A DNA stretch of 63,813 bases, the filler included, from Chrysochromulina tobinii (taxonomy: Eukaryota): assembly GCA_001275005.1 (NCBI GenBank). It is 8 parts of 8 records of this genome, joined end to end, with 100 filler letters (N's around TTAATTAATTAA, not from the genome) between each part and the next. Parts side by side here need not be neighbours in the genome. Positions count along the whole stretch, not along the records: positions 61,351 to 63,813 come from JWZX01001113.1; 7 more parts are not named here. One strand, 5' to 3'. Made by a program: the position numbers and the translations under genes. The notes beneath the pieces were generated by a model, which was not told the origin of the DNA, did not search any database, and saw only the letters and a program-made list of their open reading frames with translations. This document shows positions 61,351-63,813 of the stretch, piece after piece. Position 1 is the stretch's first letter, and every line of letters starts with the position of its first letter.

Positions 61351-63813
61351 TGCTCTTGGGCGAGGCGACGACCGAGACCCTGACCATGATCAAGCAGGTG
61401 TTCCCGGCGGCGTTTATCTTCCCGATGGGGGCGACGGCCAAGCCTCTCGAGCCGGACAAGGCGCGCCCGACGGACGATCATACGCGTACCGGGCTCAATG
61501 CCGCGTGCGACATGTCGGGGCTCGCGCACTCGCTCGACTCCTACGACGAGATGGCGAGGCGTTTCCTTCCTGGTTATGCGTCGCACGTGTCAGATGTGGA
61601 GGCTGCGTTCCCTATGCTGCCATTTGCCCCGTGGGTCTGGCCCTTCTTGCTCCACCGGTTTCATCGAGATGAAGGAGCGGGGCAGCACCTGTTCTGTCAT
61701 CTCAATGGCGATTTTGGCACGCGCGGCATGCCGGGGACGTTTAAGATCTTCTTTGTCGACGTCGTCCTCAATATGGCGCGCGCTGCGGGTACCTTGACCA
61801 TCCCCATGACGGTGTACGTCGACGACTTGAGCGCCACGGGAGCGACGGCCAAAAGCACTTCGAGCCGGATGGCGAAGTTCCAAGATTGGGCCGAGACGGT
61901 CTGCGGCGTCAAGTTCAAGCGAATTAAGGACAAGCCGGCATCTCAGGTCCAGCTCTTTCTGGGCTTGTGGTGGGACTCGTTCTCGGGCACGCGGACTCTC
62001 GAGGAGCGCAAGCTGATCCAGTATATGGACATGCTCCTGGAGTTCTCGACGCGCAAGACGTTGACGCTGCTCGAGCGGCAACAAGCCGCGGGACGGTTGC
62101 GTCGAGCGATTATGTCGATGCCGCCCGGGGCGGGCTGCCTCTTGGCAAACATCTTTGCCTTGATGGTCGGCCTGACGGTGGCGTGGCAAAAGCGGCGTAC
62201 AACGCGTAAGGAGCGGCAAGACTACCGCTACTTCTACGACATCCTGTCTCTCAACCTGGGGCGTGGGTACTTCCGTACGGACCATTTCAAGGAAGGCCCG
62301 ACGGTTTACTCGGATGCGTCAAGGTCCAAGAAATACACAGGCGGGGGCTGGTGCTCAAGCGCGGGCCCGTACGACTGGTGGCGCTATGGCGCGGCGGCCG
62401 CAAAGAAGCCCATCGACTTCTTGGAGGGCGACACAGTGGTCCAGTGCGTCGAGTCGCAGGGGCCGTCGTGGCGGCAGAAGTGGATCCCTTTCGGCGTGGA
62501 CAACCAGTCCTTCGAGAAGTCGGCGGAGAAGTCGTGGTCGCGCGCCGAGCGCTTGAACTTGCTCCTCAAGAGACTCTTCGTCTTGCAGATCAAGTTCGAC
62601 TGTCTGATCCGATTCTTTTGGCTCGCGTCCGAAGACAATTCGATGGCGGACCCGCTCTCCCGCGAAAATGGCCTCGATGCCTTCTTGGTCGAAGTGCAGC
62701 GGCGCGCCTTCGTCGTACCGCCTGCTGTGCTTCAGGGCATGCCAGACGCTGGCCGGGTGCGCACGCTTGACATGTCGGCGCCGTTCAGTGCGGCGGACAT
62801 GGCTGCCATCGTGGCGCTCTCGCGTACGCGCGTGGACATGGCAGAACTCTCGCGCCAGCTCCCGGCGATCGTTTGCATCCAATCCAGGATCCGTGGCTGG
62901 CTCGTGCGCTACCCTTTGCGGGCGTGCCGGCTCGCGTGGGCGAACACTTGCGCCATTCGGGAGCAAGAGCACGACGACGGCTTTGAGCCCTTTCGCATGT
63001 GCACCTATGGCCCTCTAGCGCGGGCTTACCTCCGAAACTTGGCCTTTGTTCCGGAAAAGATCCCGGAGAAGAACCCTTCGGGCCCCAAAATCCCGGGCTT
63101 CATTGCGGCGCGTGGGGGGCATAAGACCGTGCGACGCGGACGACGAGGATCGGGGCTCAAGGCCGCGGTCTTTGCGTCGATGCTCGGATGCGGCATGACG
63201 ATGCCAGCTCGGGATGGCTACTCGGCGCAACAGGCCTCGGTGCCGTACCCGCGGGCGATCCTCTACGACGGCCTGCCAGCTCAGTACCTGCCACTCATGG
63301 ACGAGCTCATGGGCAACCGGCTGGCGGTCAAGTCGATGGGCAAGGTCGACATCGCCTTCGAGAAGTACTGGAAGCCCGTCACGATGATCTCAAGGTCATG
63401 CTCGCACGGGTGTCGCCGGATGACACGGACTTTGGCTACCATGGCGTACGTGTCGAAGGCTGGAACCGCGCGTCGGCAGATAACGCGGATTTGGCGGAGG
63501 CCCATGGAGGCTGGAAGCCGGGCAACGCGTCTCGCTACTCTCGCTTCAACTTGGGGGATGTGTTCAACATCTTCCCAAAGATGGTCCAGGCCCCCGAGCC
63601 CGTCGTCCCAGTGGTTGCGTGCTGGGCGACGGCGCCCCCCGAGGGGAGTGATGGCGAGGTCGAAGACGAGGAGGACGACGAGGATGACGAGGAGGATGAT
63701 GAGGAACCCGCGCCAGTGGCTGTGCCAACGCCCGGGGTTAACCTGCAGCCTGGGGGTGCGCTTGTCGGAACCGAGGCCATCGCGTCGCCTATCGGACGGG
63801 CGCTTAACCGGTT
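61351..63813 (+). mobile_element. Tyrosine-recombinase retrotransposon (DIRS/Ngaro-like): RT, RNase H and a partial YR
   Basis: The frame starting at 61353 is open to the window end, so it is absent from the ORF track. RT: DVEAAF, DFGTRGMP, YVDD (61815), FLGLWWDS. RNase H: VYSDAS (62313), IDFLE, VDN, NSMADPLSR. YR catalytic end in a second frame: HGVR (63440), HGGW (63503), SRY (Tyr 63536). Confidence 0.88.

Noticed and set aside
61815..61826. RT as a retron, DGR or group II intron enzyme
   Set aside because: It is followed by a DIRS-type RNase H and tyrosine-recombinase motifs. No msr/msd, TR/VR or intron domain V is evident.
55089..63813. RNA ligase, OTU-AP2 ORF and RT element as one linked system
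   Set aside because: The three lie on separate contigs divided by artificial linkers, so physical linkage cannot be inferred.
1..63813. tRNA or rRNA genes
   Set aside because: None could be recognised by eye. A tRNAscan-SE/Infernal run would be needed to exclude small RNAs.

Overview
This is GC-rich eukaryotic DNA, most likely from a haptophyte-like alga with a complex red plastid. That assignment is an inference from GT-AG introns, bipartite plastid-targeting peptides on the CSP41, PPR and lumenal proteins, AP2-like repeats and kringle/LNR surface proteins. The window is not contiguous. It is 8 contig fragments joined by seven artificial 100-nt N-TTAATTAATTAA-N linkers, so neighbours across a linker may not be neighbours in the genome. 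It holds about 30 genes or gene fragments. They include an alpha-kinase, XRCC2-like, a kringle/LNR membrane protein, GT31 and GT47 glycosyltransferases, prolyl 4-hydroxylase, a MIC19-like CHCH protein, a TPT-family transporter, PPR, SDR, a spliced pseudokinase, an EGF membrane protein, an NRK-like kinase, ankyrin, CSP41 and an RNA ligase. Six things stand out. (1) A WD40 gene built from tandem 194-bp exon+intron cassettes, one blade per exon, with variation at the surface positions. (2) An intronless four-domain voltage-gated channel with an apparent D/D/D/D filter and EF-hands in the I-II linker. (3) A DIRS/Ngaro-like RT-RNase H-tyrosine recombinase element, missed by the ORF track, whose recombinase appears internally deleted. 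(4) A giant OTU-SAP-multi-AP2 ORF. (5) An intron that appears to have arisen by tandem duplication of an AG|GT site. (6) A degenerate ~10-bp motif seen in the introns of several unrelated genes. All calls were made by eye from motifs; no database searches were run.
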